This document shows positions 9,673-19,008 of a DNA stretch of 64,000 nt, piece after piece (position 1 is the first letter of the stretch; each line of letters begins with the position of its first letter). Under the pieces are notes generated by a model. The model searched no databases. It worked only from the letters and a program-made list of their open reading frames with translations, and was not told the DNA's origin. Both the position numbers and the translations under genes were made by a program. Location: positions 1-64,000 of IMG/VR virus record IMGVR_UViG_3300035698_022898; one strand, given 5' to 3'. The stretch is from a virus.

Positions 9673-9708
9673 ACTGGGCGTAAAGAATACCAAGGAGGTG
9701 TTCCCCCC

Positions 9709-10929
9709 ATGGCCAAAGGCATCGAAAGCATTCCGGCCCTCCATTTGGAGGTTTTGAATCGAGTCGTCTCGATGCTGGACCCGGCACCCACGATGTTCTT
9801 TTCGAATATGTTCCCTGTTGTACAGAACGATTCGGACACCATCAGATGGGAAATTGAGTACGGATCCAGCGGAATGACTCCGTTCGTGTCCCCCGGCAGC
9901 GTGGCTCCAACCGTCGGTCAAGACGGTATGGGCTCAGCCGAGGCGCGAGCCGCTTACTGGAAAGAGAAGATGTACTTCGATGAAGAGTTCCTCAACAACC
10001 TGCGCGAGATCGGCACCTGGGCAACGTACCAGACCGCTGAAAGAAAACTCGCTCGTGGTCTGAGAAAACTCCGCTATCGTTGTGACCGTCGTCGTGAATG
10101 GATGATGGCGAAAGCTCTCATCGACGGTTCCTTCACTTACACCATCAAGGGCGGCCAGCGTTTCACCGTATCCTACGGAATCCCCACCACTCACCAGGTA
10201 TCCCTGGCCGCTTCCCGTTATTGGGGCACCGGCGCCAGTCGGAATCCGGTTGAGGACATCTTCGACGCCAAGACCGTCATCTCTGACGACTCTGGCGGAA
10301 TTGTGAATTGGGCAGTCTGTAACAGCGAGCTGATCAAGACTCTCATGATCGACTCCAAGATTCAGACTCTGGTACAGAAGTCTGCTTTCGGTGAAGGCGA
10401 CCTCTTCCGCGATCCGGCCCGTGTCATATCTTCCCTTCTGGGAATCGGCAGCCTGGTTGTCTACGACGAGCAATTCGAAGTCACCGGTTGGCTCGTAGCC
10501 GACACCTCCACGACCACGGTCTACGTGGACGATGCTTCCGACTTCGAGGTCGGCGGGACCGCTCGTTTCGTGGATATGTCTTCTCCGCGTACCTGGGAAG
10601 ACGAGACCATCACGGCTGTGGACACTACTCTCAACACCATCACTCTGGCTGCTGCGCCCTCCACGTCTTTCAAGGGCAACGAAGACAAGGTGACGATGCG
10701 GAAGAAGTTCATCGCCAATAACGTGTTCTTCATGATGGCCGACACCGTTGACGGCGAAAAGGTCATGGAGTTCATGGAAGCCCCTTACGGTTTGGACAGG
10801 CGCTGGGGTCAGTACACCGACCGCAAAGCTGAATGGGACCCCGAAGGTCTCTGGATGCGTGTCCAGGACAAAGGGCTCCCCGTGTTCTATCATCCCGACA
10901 CCACCTACAAGCTGACCGTCGGCGCCTAG
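9709..10929 (+). CDS. major capsid protein (lambda gpE family)
   Basis: MTPFVSPGS, RRREWMMAKAL.DG, W.....NPVEDI, WDPEG...GLPV; strong codon bias. Confidence 0.92.
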   Translation: MAKGIESIPALHLEVLNRVVSMLDPAPTMFFSNMFPVVQNDSDTIRWEIEYGSSGMTPFVSPGSVAPTVGQDGMGSAEARAAYWKEKMYFDEEFLNNLREIGTWATYQTAERKLARGLRKLRYRCDRRREWMMAKALIDGSFTYTIKGGQRFTVSYGIPTTHQVSLAASRYWGTGASRNPVEDIFDAKTVISDDSGGIVNWAVCNSELIKTLMIDSKIQTLVQKSAFGEGDLFRDPARVISSLLGIGSLVVYDEQFEVTGWLVADTSTTTVYVDDASDFEVGGTARFVDMSSPRTWEDETITAVDTTLNTITLAAAPSTSFKGNEDKVTMRKKFIANNVFFMMADTVDGEKVMEFMEAPYGLDRRWGQYTDRKAEWDPEGLWMRVQDKGLPVFYHPDTTYKLTVGA

Positions 10930-10961
10930 TCTGGCGCGGGTTGAAGGAAGGATAGATCAAA

Positions 10962-11429
10962 ATGACAATGAGAGGGCCGCGACCCAATCAAAGTTTTAGG
11001 GAGCAGGTCCAGTTTGCATCCCCGAATGCGAAGACCGAAGTTATTTCGGGGGAGATCACCGCTACCACTCCGGGGCGTCCGATGGGCGCCCCGTTGCTGG
11101 CCGGAAGTGTCAAATCCGTCCAGCTTTCGCTGGGAGCCAGTGGGAAGGACGATTCCAACACTCTGGCTCTAGAAGGCGATGTGAAGATTAACGGTGTGAC
11201 TTGCCTCACCACGAAGCCGAAGATTACCCACACCAGTGGCGAAGCTTCTGCTCAAAAGACCACAGCAGCTTCTGGTACGGGAATTGTTCAGGCCGTTGTT
11301 GATACGGATGCCAACACTTATAGTGCTGGTGACGTTATCACGGCCGACTTTAACCAGACCAGAACCGCTTCTCCGACAATGGAGCAGGCTAATGCGGTCC
11401 TCGTGGTTGAGCTGGACCCGGACGAATAA
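10962..11429 (+). CDS. virion structural protein (jelly-roll-like decoration)
   Basis: Follows the capsid gene; Thr/Ala/Gly-rich beta pattern (DVKINGVT...AGDVITADF). Confidence 0.55.
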   Translation: MTMRGPRPNQSFREQVQFASPNAKTEVISGEITATTPGRPMGAPLLAGSVKSVQLSLGASGKDDSNTLALEGDVKINGVTCLTTKPKITHTSGEASAQKTTAASGTGIVQAVVDTDANTYSAGDVITADFNQTRTASPTMEQANAVLVVELDPDE

Positions 11430-11454
11430 CCTTTTAACAGGTAGGTCAATCGAT

Positions 11455-11760
11455 ATGTTAGTCGAAATCATGGAATCATTGAAAACGGGGAGTGGCGTTA
11501 TTCTTGAACCCGGTTCGGTATTTGACACGGATTCCAACGAAACACCCCTTGACGTTTTAGGGGAAGTGAATGTTGGTTCCAAGGCGGTGAGGGTCCTCAA
11601 AGCTGATGCGGCCCCTACCGTAACCGTGCAAACTTCTGTACCGGAGCCCGAGACGACTCCTGCCCCCCCGATTGAGGCCAAAATCGAGGAAGCACCACCC
11701 GTGGAAACCGCCACTGCGGCCCCATTAGCTAGAAGGTCGCGAAGGGTACAGGCAGAGTAA
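11455..11760 (+). CDS. hypothetical protein with Pro/Glu/Ala-rich tail
   Basis: Start re-set to MLVEIM; TAATG coupling to the next gene. Confidence 0.6.
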   Translation: MLVEIMESLKTGSGVILEPGSVFDTDSNETPLDVLGEVNVGSKAVRVLKADAAPTVTVQTSVPEPETTPAPPIEAKIEEAPPVETATAAPLARRSRRVQAE

Positions 11761-12215
11761 TGACCGAAGCCGAAGCCATACTTGCTTCCACATACGAGTT
11801 GGGAGTCAATTTAGTGGCACTCCTGACAAGTGATCAACAGTCAAGGGCAGCAAAAATTGCCGGTCAAGAGACGGGGTGGTCATTCCCCGTCTCTGGCAAT
11901 TTTAAAGAAGTTTGGGTTGTAAAAAGGATAACCAGAAACTGTCTGGGGTTCCTAAGAAATGATGCCGCAGATCAGTTTAAGTACAAACAGATCAGCTTGC
12001 AGCATCGTTTCCAGCATTTTCAAGAGTTAATCACTCAATTAGATGCAGACTTCGAGAAAGCGGTTAAGGAAAATCCTGGCGAGTTTGCTGGGGTTGATGT
12101 AGCTAACATGTTTGGAACCAAGATTGACGCCGGTTTTGCATACGACCGGTTTGGTAGAGACATTACTTACGATCCAGAGCGAATTGTACTAGCAGAGCCA
12201 AATGAAAGTTCATGA
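11760..12215 (+). CDS. putative head-tail adaptor
   Basis: Size, helical pattern and position after the capsid genes. Confidence 0.55.
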   Translation: MTEAEAILASTYELGVNLVALLTSDQQSRAAKIAGQETGWSFPVSGNFKEVWVVKRITRNCLGFLRNDAADQFKYKQISLQHRFQHFQELITQLDADFEKAVKENPGEFAGVDVANMFGTKIDAGFAYDRFGRDITYDPERIVLAEPNESS

Positions 12216-12832
12216 GCATATCGGTAAATATTCGAAACGTCCTGCGAAATCATGGATTAGCTTTTCGGATCCTGAGAGTAGCTGGGATAATTTCTGGGGA
12301 ATTTTTGGACTACGAGCCAAACGCCCAGGTGACGAAGCCGTTTATTCGTGAACATTTTTTAGAGTTTACCCTCCCTTTCGATACCCAAGTTATTTCAGGC
12401 GATGTAATTGAATTTGACACAGACGGTAGATTTTTTGTAGTAACACACCATTCTCCTGACCTCTTCAATAATGCCATCATTTCCTATGCTAGTGTAGGAT
12501 ATGGTGCCAATGTGACTAATGGTGTGCTCCAAAGACCTTCTGGAGAAATAGTCACGCAAAGTTACAGAACAGAAACCCACTGGAAACATATCACAGGGGA
12601 AATCAAAGCTGTTGTCTCCGACAAAATGTTTGGGTCTTACTTAGATGTGGATGAACCAGTAGGTGAGGTTAGTGTTAAAGCTCTCCAAGCATGGATTCCC
12701 AAGTCTGTTGGTGCACAAGTACATGACAGATTTTGGAGTGTCTCCGGAGAGACTTATTTCAAAGTTGGTTCTATTGAGTCCAACCACTTTGCCGGAGTAG
12801 ATGTTCTGGTATTAGAGGAAGATACCAGGTAA
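12212..12832 (+). CDS. putative head closure/stopper protein
   Basis: ATGA coupling; two beta-barrel-like repeats (GDVI..DGRFFVV; HDRF..GETYFKV). Confidence 0.55.
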   Translation: MSISVNIRNVLRNHGLAFRILRVAGIISGEFLDYEPNAQVTKPFIREHFLEFTLPFDTQVISGDVIEFDTDGRFFVVTHHSPDLFNNAIISYASVGYGANVTNGVLQRPSGEIVTQSYRTETHWKHITGEIKAVVSDKMFGSYLDVDEPVGEVSVKALQAWIPKSVGAQVHDRFWSVSGETYFKVGSIESNHFAGVDVLVLEEDTR

Positions 12833-12857
12833 ACACAATTCACCCAGGAGGTGAAAT

Positions 12858-14921
12858 ATGAAACGTGTACTGTTCGTTGGAGACCATCCTTTAAGAGGTT
12901 CTGGCAACGGTAATATGATGAATGCGATTCTGCAACAAGTGGATTCTACTAAATTCGACGCCACTGTTTTTGCAGTTGGGGAATCTGGTGTTCCAGATTC
13001 TTTAAATAATCGTTCTACTGTACCCATTATAGACGCACGGGATGGGGACGACATTTGGGGATGCCGTAAGCTCGTAAACATATTGAATGAGGGCAATGTG
13101 GATATTCTTGCCTTTATAGGTTTGGACATTTGGACTTATTCCCAGTTGTTTTCCACTATTGTAAAAATCAAGAAATCCAGAAATTTTAAAATTGTTGGGT
13201 TGTTCCCATACGATACTCCTTTTATTCGAAAGGACTGGATTAAGCTGATAAAATTCTTTGATATTCCTAGAGTGTACTCCCAGTTCGGGTATGATGTTTT
13301 ACACCCTATAGTTCCTGAGGTAGAATACTTTCGGCCCCCATTGTTTCATTCTTCTTCCTTCAAGCAATTAGATCCTGAGATTAGAAAAGCAGCTCGTACT
13401 AAATTGTTTCCTACGGCACCTGAGAACGCTTTTATTGTGGGTTTTGTTGGTGCAAATCAATTTAGAAAAGACCCCCTTAAGCTGATAAAAGGGCTTTTTA
13501 ATTTAAAGAAAGAGAAAGCTGTGGGCTTTATGAATGAAGAACTCAAAGGAGTATGTGACACAAGTAGATTACATTTATACATTCACGCCAACATGCAGGG
13601 CGTATACAATTTGCGCCAATACTGTAAAGACCAGGGGGCTCTCACTGGAAGTATTTCGATTAAAAATCAAACTGTTCCTTACGATACTACAAGAATGGTT
13701 GAGATGTATAATTGTCTGGATCTCCTTGTTAATACGTCTATGCAGGAAGGATTGAGCTGGACTATTTTGGAAGCCAAACTTTGTGGGGTCCCTATTGCAG
13801 CCACAAATACCACGGCACACATAGAACTTTTAGGAGAATCTATATTTCCTATTCGTTGTAACAGGGAAAGTTTCATACCTGTACTTACGGAAAGTGGAGA
13901 ATCTTTTATTGATGCCAAATGTTGTTCCTCCGAAGATGTAAGGGATACTCTTCTTAGTGTTTTAACTAAACCTAAAGAACGAGAAACTCGGGTTTTTAAT
14001 GGGGAACAAGAGGCTTTATACTGGTTACAAAAAGTAGATGATTTCAATACTGTTTTGGAAGAAGCTCAAGAACCTACAATTTATGTTGACACCAGAGACG
14101 ACACCTCCATTCTGTTTGCTCAGCATAGTGCAGCGGGTGACGTTTTGATGACCACACAATGTTTACCCGGAATCAGGGCTGCACACCCAGGTAAGAAAAT
14201 TGTGTATATGACTCAAAAAAAGTTTCAGGAGATCATTGTAAACAATCCTAATGTGGATTCAATTATAGATTGGGATGAGAGTCTTCTTTCCCGATTTAGT
14301 GTAGTTTATAACCCTCACGGTGAAAGAATTTTGCCCGGGGGTTTTAATAGTTTAGATGTGCGCCTCCACGACATGTACCCCTACTTTTGTCGCGTCAAAG
14401 CTGGACCCATGCAGATCGAAGAGGTATCAGTGTCTGACTTCCCTTTCAATGACAAAGATTATATTGTAGTTAATACAACGGGGGGTGACCGTACTTATCG
14501 CATGTACCAGCACATGGATCTGGTGTTTAAAAATTATGAAGGCAACATCGTCCAGTTAGGCTCTGTACTTGACAAAGTTCTCAAAGCCCCTGGAGTATTA
14601 GATTTGCGTGGCAAGACCAACTTTCGTGAAGCAGCCTGGGTAATGGCACATGCCGAAGCTTGTGTATGTATCGACAGTTTTATAGCTCATTTAGCAGGGG
14701 CTAAGGATATTCCTTCTGTAGTATTGTTTGGACCTGCTCCTGCTCGTGTTGTTGGGCCCAAAAGTAACGCCCGTCAAATATTCCTGGAACCCAACAAGTT
14801 AGACGTTTGTGAGCATCTAACTAATTGTTGGGGAGAAATACCTAGTTGTGCAACTCCGTGTATAAACACCATTAACCCCATGAATGTGCGAAAAGCATTG
14901 ATGGAACTCACAACCTCTTAA
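12858..14921 (+). CDS. fused GT4 (GT-B) + GT9 (heptosyltransferase-like) glycosyltransferase
   Basis: N-half VGANQFRKD...YNCLDLLVNTSMQEGLSWTILEA..CGVP; C-half GDVLMTT...DLRGKT...IDSFIAHLAGA..PSVVLFGP. Confidence 0.9.
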   Translation: MKRVLFVGDHPLRGSGNGNMMNAILQQVDSTKFDATVFAVGESGVPDSLNNRSTVPIIDARDGDDIWGCRKLVNILNEGNVDILAFIGLDIWTYSQLFSTIVKIKKSRNFKIVGLFPYDTPFIRKDWIKLIKFFDIPRVYSQFGYDVLHPIVPEVEYFRPPLFHSSSFKQLDPEIRKAARTKLFPTAPENAFIVGFVGANQFRKDPLKLIKGLFNLKKEKAVGFMNEELKGVCDTSRLHLYIHANMQGVYNLRQYCKDQGALTGSISIKNQTVPYDTTRMVEMYNCLDLLVNTSMQEGLSWTILEAKLCGVPIAATNTTAHIELLGESIFPIRCNRESFIPVLTESGESFIDAKCCSSEDVRDTLLSVLTKPKERETRVFNGEQEALYWLQKVDDFNTVLEEAQEPTIYVDTRDDTSILFAQHSAAGDVLMTTQCLPGIRAAHPGKKIVYMTQKKFQEIIVNNPNVDSIIDWDESLLSRFSVVYNPHGERILPGGFNSLDVRLHDMYPYFCRVKAGPMQIEEVSVSDFPFNDKDYIVVNTTGGDRTYRMYQHMDLVFKNYEGNIVQLGSVLDKVLKAPGVLDLRGKTNFREAAWVMAHAEACVCIDSFIAHLAGAKDIPSVVLFGPAPARVVGPKSNARQIFLEPNKLDVCEHLTNCWGEIPSCATPCINTINPMNVRKALMELTTS

Positions 14922-14933
14922 GGAGGAATTGAA

Positions 14934-15653
14934 ATGATCGTTGTAATGCAATGTGTTAATGAGGAAAAGGCGGTCCAAAGATGCATCGGTGACTTTCACG
15001 ATGAGGATTGGGTTGACCGTATTATCGTCATTGACGGAAAGAGCACTGACTACACAGTTGAGGAACTCCGATCTTTCCCCAAAGTGGAAGTTTACATCCA
15101 CGAATGGCTAGATTGGTACCACGACATGAATACCACCCAACGCAATATCGGCATGTCTTATGTGCCTCACGGACAGTGGTATCTGATGTGGGACTTCGAC
15201 GAGCGTATGTCCGAGGACCTCAAAAACTGTTTCCGTGTTGAGGAGTGGGCCACTCTACCCGACACAGTAGATCAAATTTGCTTCCATCGTCGAACTTATG
15301 AGCCGATGCGCTTCCCTGACTCTCCTCATGCTATGTTGGAAGAGGACGGCTGGCCCGTTATTTCCCATGCCATCGGTCAATACCCCGATCCTCAGGGTCG
15401 TCTTATCCGAAGAGCCCCTGGGATGGTTCACATGAACAGCCCCCATCACGTTTTAGCAGGTGCCCAACACATCGCAACCATGCCTTATGACATCCTTCAT
15501 TTTGAAAAGGATGACTTTCGAGACAGAGGTCGCATCGAAAGAAAATGGGCACGGGAACAAGCTACCAGAAGAAAGTTGGGGCTTACTCCGGATGCCTTTG
15601 AAACCAAACTGAAGCCTGAAAGCGCAAAATGGGGAGATCCTAATGCTTGGTAG
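14934..15653 (+). CDS. GT2 glycosyltransferase (WaaE/KdtX-like)
   Basis: NEE..RCI, IVIDGKSTDYTVE, QRN, WYLMWDFDE. Confidence 0.85.
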   Translation: MIVVMQCVNEEKAVQRCIGDFHDEDWVDRIIVIDGKSTDYTVEELRSFPKVEVYIHEWLDWYHDMNTTQRNIGMSYVPHGQWYLMWDFDERMSEDLKNCFRVEEWATLPDTVDQICFHRRTYEPMRFPDSPHAMLEEDGWPVISHAIGQYPDPQGRLIRRAPGMVHMNSPHHVLAGAQHIATMPYDILHFEKDDFRDRGRIERKWAREQATRRKLGLTPDAFETKLKPESAKWGDPNAW

Positions 15654-16185
15654 ACCCCCCATAGATGTTCGTATCCCTTTTGACCCCTCAGGGAATAATC
15701 TGGGGCAAGCATACAATAGGGAAATGGCAACTGTTTCAGGGTGGGTCATTTTCTTAGACCACGATGTCTACCTCTGTAACCCTAAGTGGTATAGAATCTG
15801 TCAGGATGTGATTGCACGGGAAGGTGACGGTATAGGTTTTGCAACCTGCATGACCAACGCTATTGGTTGTATGAAACAAAGAGACGACCAAGCACCGAAA
15901 ACGGATTCCCTAACCGATCATATCAGACATGCTAAAGGATTGTTCAGACAACACGGAACAAAATCTATCAATATGCCCAATGCAGTCTACCCGTTTAGTG
16001 GGTTTTTCATCCTTACTCATAAAACAGTTTGGATGAAATGCGGAGGGTTCAAGGACGGCTTTCTTACCGTGGATAATGATTATAGCAATAAGGTTGTGGC
16101 CCACGGTTTTCGCAGGGTAGTCATTCCAGGACTGTATGTGTATCATCGATACGAAAGTAAGGGTCTGGATGGTAACGATTGGTAG
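15643..16185 (+). CDS. GT2-like glycosyltransferase
   Basis: LGQAYN, WVIFLDHD, GGFKDGF..DNDY, YVYH. Confidence 0.8.
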   Translation: MLGRPPIDVRIPFDPSGNNLGQAYNREMATVSGWVIFLDHDVYLCNPKWYRICQDVIAREGDGIGFATCMTNAIGCMKQRDDQAPKTDSLTDHIRHAKGLFRQHGTKSINMPNAVYPFSGFFILTHKTVWMKCGGFKDGFLTVDNDYSNKVVAHGFRRVVIPGLYVYHRYESKGLDGNDW

Positions 16186-16193
16186 GAGGAGTT

Positions 16194-16760
16194 ATGTCAC
16201 ATCAAGAACAAAGAGACTGGTGTCTCGAAGTAAAAGAATCCAACCACTATCGATTCAAGAACGCAAAAGTTCTGGATGTGGGTTCTTTGGATGTAAATGG
16301 TAACAATCGACACCTTTTCACAAACAGTGACTACACGGGTATTGATGTTGCCACCGGACCAAACGTGGATGTAGTATCCATTGCACATCTGTTCGAGCCT
16401 GTGACTTTGTATGATGTGGTGCTCTCCACCAATGCTTTGGAGCATGACAAATTCTTCCTTTTGACGATGAAGAAGATGTTTAATCTTTGCCGTCCTGGAG
16501 GATTGATTTTCTTCTCCGCAGCTTGTACTTGGCCTGAACACGGAACCATGAAAGTCAATCCTCATCACAGCGGCACGACTCAAATGGGTGAGGACTGGGC
16601 CAATTACTATCGAAATATCAACGAAGACGACATTCGGGAAGCTTTGGGTAATCTGGATGAATTATTCAGAACCGTAAACATCGAAGTATTCCGAAGAGAC
16701 ATTCGTTTCGTAGGTATCAAACTCGGAAGAAAAGGACAGGAAAATGTCACTGTACGATGA
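16194..16760 (+). CDS. class I SAM-dependent methyltransferase
   Basis: VLDVGSLDVNG, YTGIDVATGPNVD, YDVVLSTNALEHD, RPGG; AGGAGG RBS. Confidence 0.9.
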   Translation: MSHQEQRDWCLEVKESNHYRFKNAKVLDVGSLDVNGNNRHLFTNSDYTGIDVATGPNVDVVSIAHLFEPVTLYDVVLSTNALEHDKFFLLTMKKMFNLCRPGGLIFFSAACTWPEHGTMKVNPHHSGTTQMGEDWANYYRNINEDDIREALGNLDELFRTVNIEVFRRDIRFVGIKLGRKGQENVTVR

Positions 16761-18036
16761 CAACTGCCGACGAGTGTCGGATATAAATGAACACCTTCCC
16801 ATACTTAAAGCATATGGGTCACAGGTGAGTCATATAACAGAGTTCGGCGTTCGCACAGGTGTATCCACTTCCGCTTTTATTGCTGCTCGACCGAAAAGAA
16901 TTTTATCGTTCGACAAGCAAACACATCTGTTCCCACACAAACATTTCACCCCTGAGGAGATGCAGGGTATTAAGTTTGATTTGGTTAATAAAGATGTTCT
17001 TAAAGCCAATATCGAACCGACGGAACTGCTTTTCATCGACACGTGGCACACGGGTGACCAGTTGAGAGCGGAACTTGCCCGTCATGCCAGAAACGTGTCC
17101 AAGTATATTATTATGCACGACACGGTTACTTTCGGCGAGAAGGGGCAAGACGGAAAGCCTGGTCTTCGTTACGCCATTTCAGAGTTTCTGGAAGCTAACA
17201 AGGAGTGGGCTATTCTTGAAGACTTGCAGAACAATAACGGGCTAATGGTTTTGGGAAAGGGTATGCCTGCTGAGGAATGGCGAGAAACGTGTAGACTACC
17301 AGAACCTCATGCTCCTGTAATCAGGACCCGAAGAAGCCTTGTTAAGGCCCCCTCACAGTCTCCGATTGCATTGGCTACGGTTATACACAAAGCTCCATTT
17401 GCCAAGATGGCTGTAGTCATGCTTCGATCCTTGAAACGAAACAACCCAGAATTAAGTGTTCCGTTCTATGTATTTCACTACAATCTGCCTAAAGTACAGA
17501 AGGATGCACTAAGAGCAGAATACCCCAATCTTATTTTTCAGAAAGTTGATCTGGAAAAATATGTATCTCATGGGAAAGGGGAGTCCAAGTTTTGGGCTCT
17601 GGAAGCTTTTACCCTTACGGAATTTGACAAGGTTCTTTTTCTAGATGTAGATCTGCTTTGTATTGGGGATATACGACCTCTCCTTCGTATAGATTGTGGA
17701 ATAGGCATGGCTCAGGAGACTAGGCGTCCTTGTCATAATTCCGGAGTGGTTCTTACCAATAAGCAATTCCGCACTCAAAAAATTTATCAGGAACTTTTGT
17801 CCTTTGAGATCGATAAATCTAAATTCGGAAAAGACCAACAAATTTTTAATGAGTACTTCCGAGGCCGTATTTCCGTTTTGGATCGAAAGTTTAACACTTT
17901 AGTGAGTGAAGTTCCTGGTGAAGGTAGACAAGGATTTAAGGGCATACTATTTGTTCATTACATATACAAACCAGATGCAGCGTGGGATAGAATTCCTACG
18001 GAACTTCAAAAACTTTGGAGGTCTTACAATGGGTAA
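16744..18036 (+). CDS. methyltransferase (Methyltransf_24-like) fused to GT8 glycosyltransferase
   Basis: N: DINEHL, TEFGVRTGVST, LLFIDTWH, IIMHDT, NNNGL; C: DKVLFLDVD, NSGV, DQQIFN, FN, VHY..KP. Confidence 0.88.
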   Translation: MSLYDDNCRRVSDINEHLPILKAYGSQVSHITEFGVRTGVSTSAFIAARPKRILSFDKQTHLFPHKHFTPEEMQGIKFDLVNKDVLKANIEPTELLFIDTWHTGDQLRAELARHARNVSKYIIMHDTVTFGEKGQDGKPGLRYAISEFLEANKEWAILEDLQNNNGLMVLGKGMPAEEWRETCRLPEPHAPVIRTRRSLVKAPSQSPIALATVIHKAPFAKMAVVMLRSLKRNNPELSVPFYVFHYNLPKVQKDALRAEYPNLIFQKVDLEKYVSHGKGESKFWALEAFTLTEFDKVLFLDVDLLCIGDIRPLLRIDCGIGMAQETRRPCHNSGVVLTNKQFRTQKIYQELLSFEIDKSKFGKDQQIFNEYFRGRISVLDRKFNTLVSEVPGEGRQGFKGILFVHYIYKPDAAWDRIPTELQKLWRSYNG

Positions 18037-18595
18037 CGGTTCCCAACCAATTAGCGGTATCCAGATGGTATTAGATCAAATCCGTCCTTCCTTCGAGTAC
18101 AATCTGACCTTCGTCAGTAAATTCTTGGGTGGAGATGGTTTGGATGCGGGGTGTGGAAATTGTCCACTTCTTCGGGAGAATTGCATTCATGTAGATGCTT
18201 CTCCCCAACCTATAACTTTGGAACAAATAGACCCTCGTTACTTTGTTCAAGGGGATGCAACCAAATATGTTCCTTCCATCATGCTCGACTATGTGTTTTC
18301 TTCTCATATGGTTGAGGATCTTCCTACCAGAGAAGCAATGATCGAATGCCTGCTTCACTGGAAGAAATATCTTAGACCAGAAGGACTTATTGTTCTTCTG
18401 ATACCTGACATGCAAGGCGGTCGTTACCCAAGCATTAAAGAAGATTGCGGGAATCCTTCACATCGAATAGATGTGGGTCTTCGCTTCTTCTCGGATTTGG
18501 CAGAAGACCTTCCCGGACTGAAAATCATTCAAATCGATACCATCCCCCATGAAATAAGTTGTACCATGGATGTGGTGTTTGAGATGACCGAGTAA
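18029..18595 (+). CDS. class I SAM-dependent methyltransferase
   Basis: GLDAGCG, VQGDAT, DYVFSSHMVED, LRPEG.IVLLIPD; start re-set by GGAGG RBS. Confidence 0.88.
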   Translation: MGNGSQPISGIQMVLDQIRPSFEYNLTFVSKFLGGDGLDAGCGNCPLLRENCIHVDASPQPITLEQIDPRYFVQGDATKYVPSIMLDYVFSSHMVEDLPTREAMIECLLHWKKYLRPEGLIVLLIPDMQGGRYPSIKEDCGNPSHRIDVGLRFFSDLAEDLPGLKIIQIDTIPHEISCTMDVVFEMTE

Positions 18596-19008
18596 TGTTG
18601 ACTTTGTTTGTTATACCTGGTGACAACTTCCCGAATGTAGGGAGGGCGATTGAATCGTGGGGTTCTGTAGTCTCTCGTTCTTTTGTTCTCCCTAACCGGG
18701 AAATACCATATAAAGATGTTCGTACAGAATGGTTTGCTTACTTATACCACGATGAGTATTTATCTAAAGATTTGACCTCTTGTATGAAAGTATTTCTAGA
18801 GTCTTCGGAGTTTGATGTTTACGATTTGATGAAAAAACTTATAGATGAAAAGGGAACTCCTAGAGTGTTTCAATCTTCTAGAATTTTTAGGGGAGGGACA
18901 ATCCTGCAAGATTCCTGTCTTCTGCCGTATGAATCAAAAACGCTGAGGTGTATACGCATACTTGACGGATGGTTGTTGGAGGATGACAGATGTCAATGTT
19001 TTGGGTAG
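18595..19008 (+). CDS. degenerate GT2-like protein
   Basis: TEWFAYLYHDEYLS resembles the GT2 DxD region with the first Asp lost. Confidence 0.5.
   Translation: MLTLFVIPGDNFPNVGRAIESWGSVVSRSFVLPNREIPYKDVRTEWFAYLYHDEYLSKDLTSCMKVFLESSEFDVYDLMKKLIDEKGTPRVFQSSRIFRGGTILQDSCLLPYESKTLRCIRILDGWLLEDDRCQCFG

Noticed and set aside
8833-10893. Long minus-strand ORFs (362 aa, 319 aa) opposite the decoration and capsid genes
   Set aside because: Antisense shadows of GC-biased, highly expressed genes; no RBS or recognisable motifs
12858-19008. GtrABC-type serotype conversion cassette
   Set aside because: No membrane flippase or integral membrane transferase; no lysogeny genes visible; lies inside the late operon
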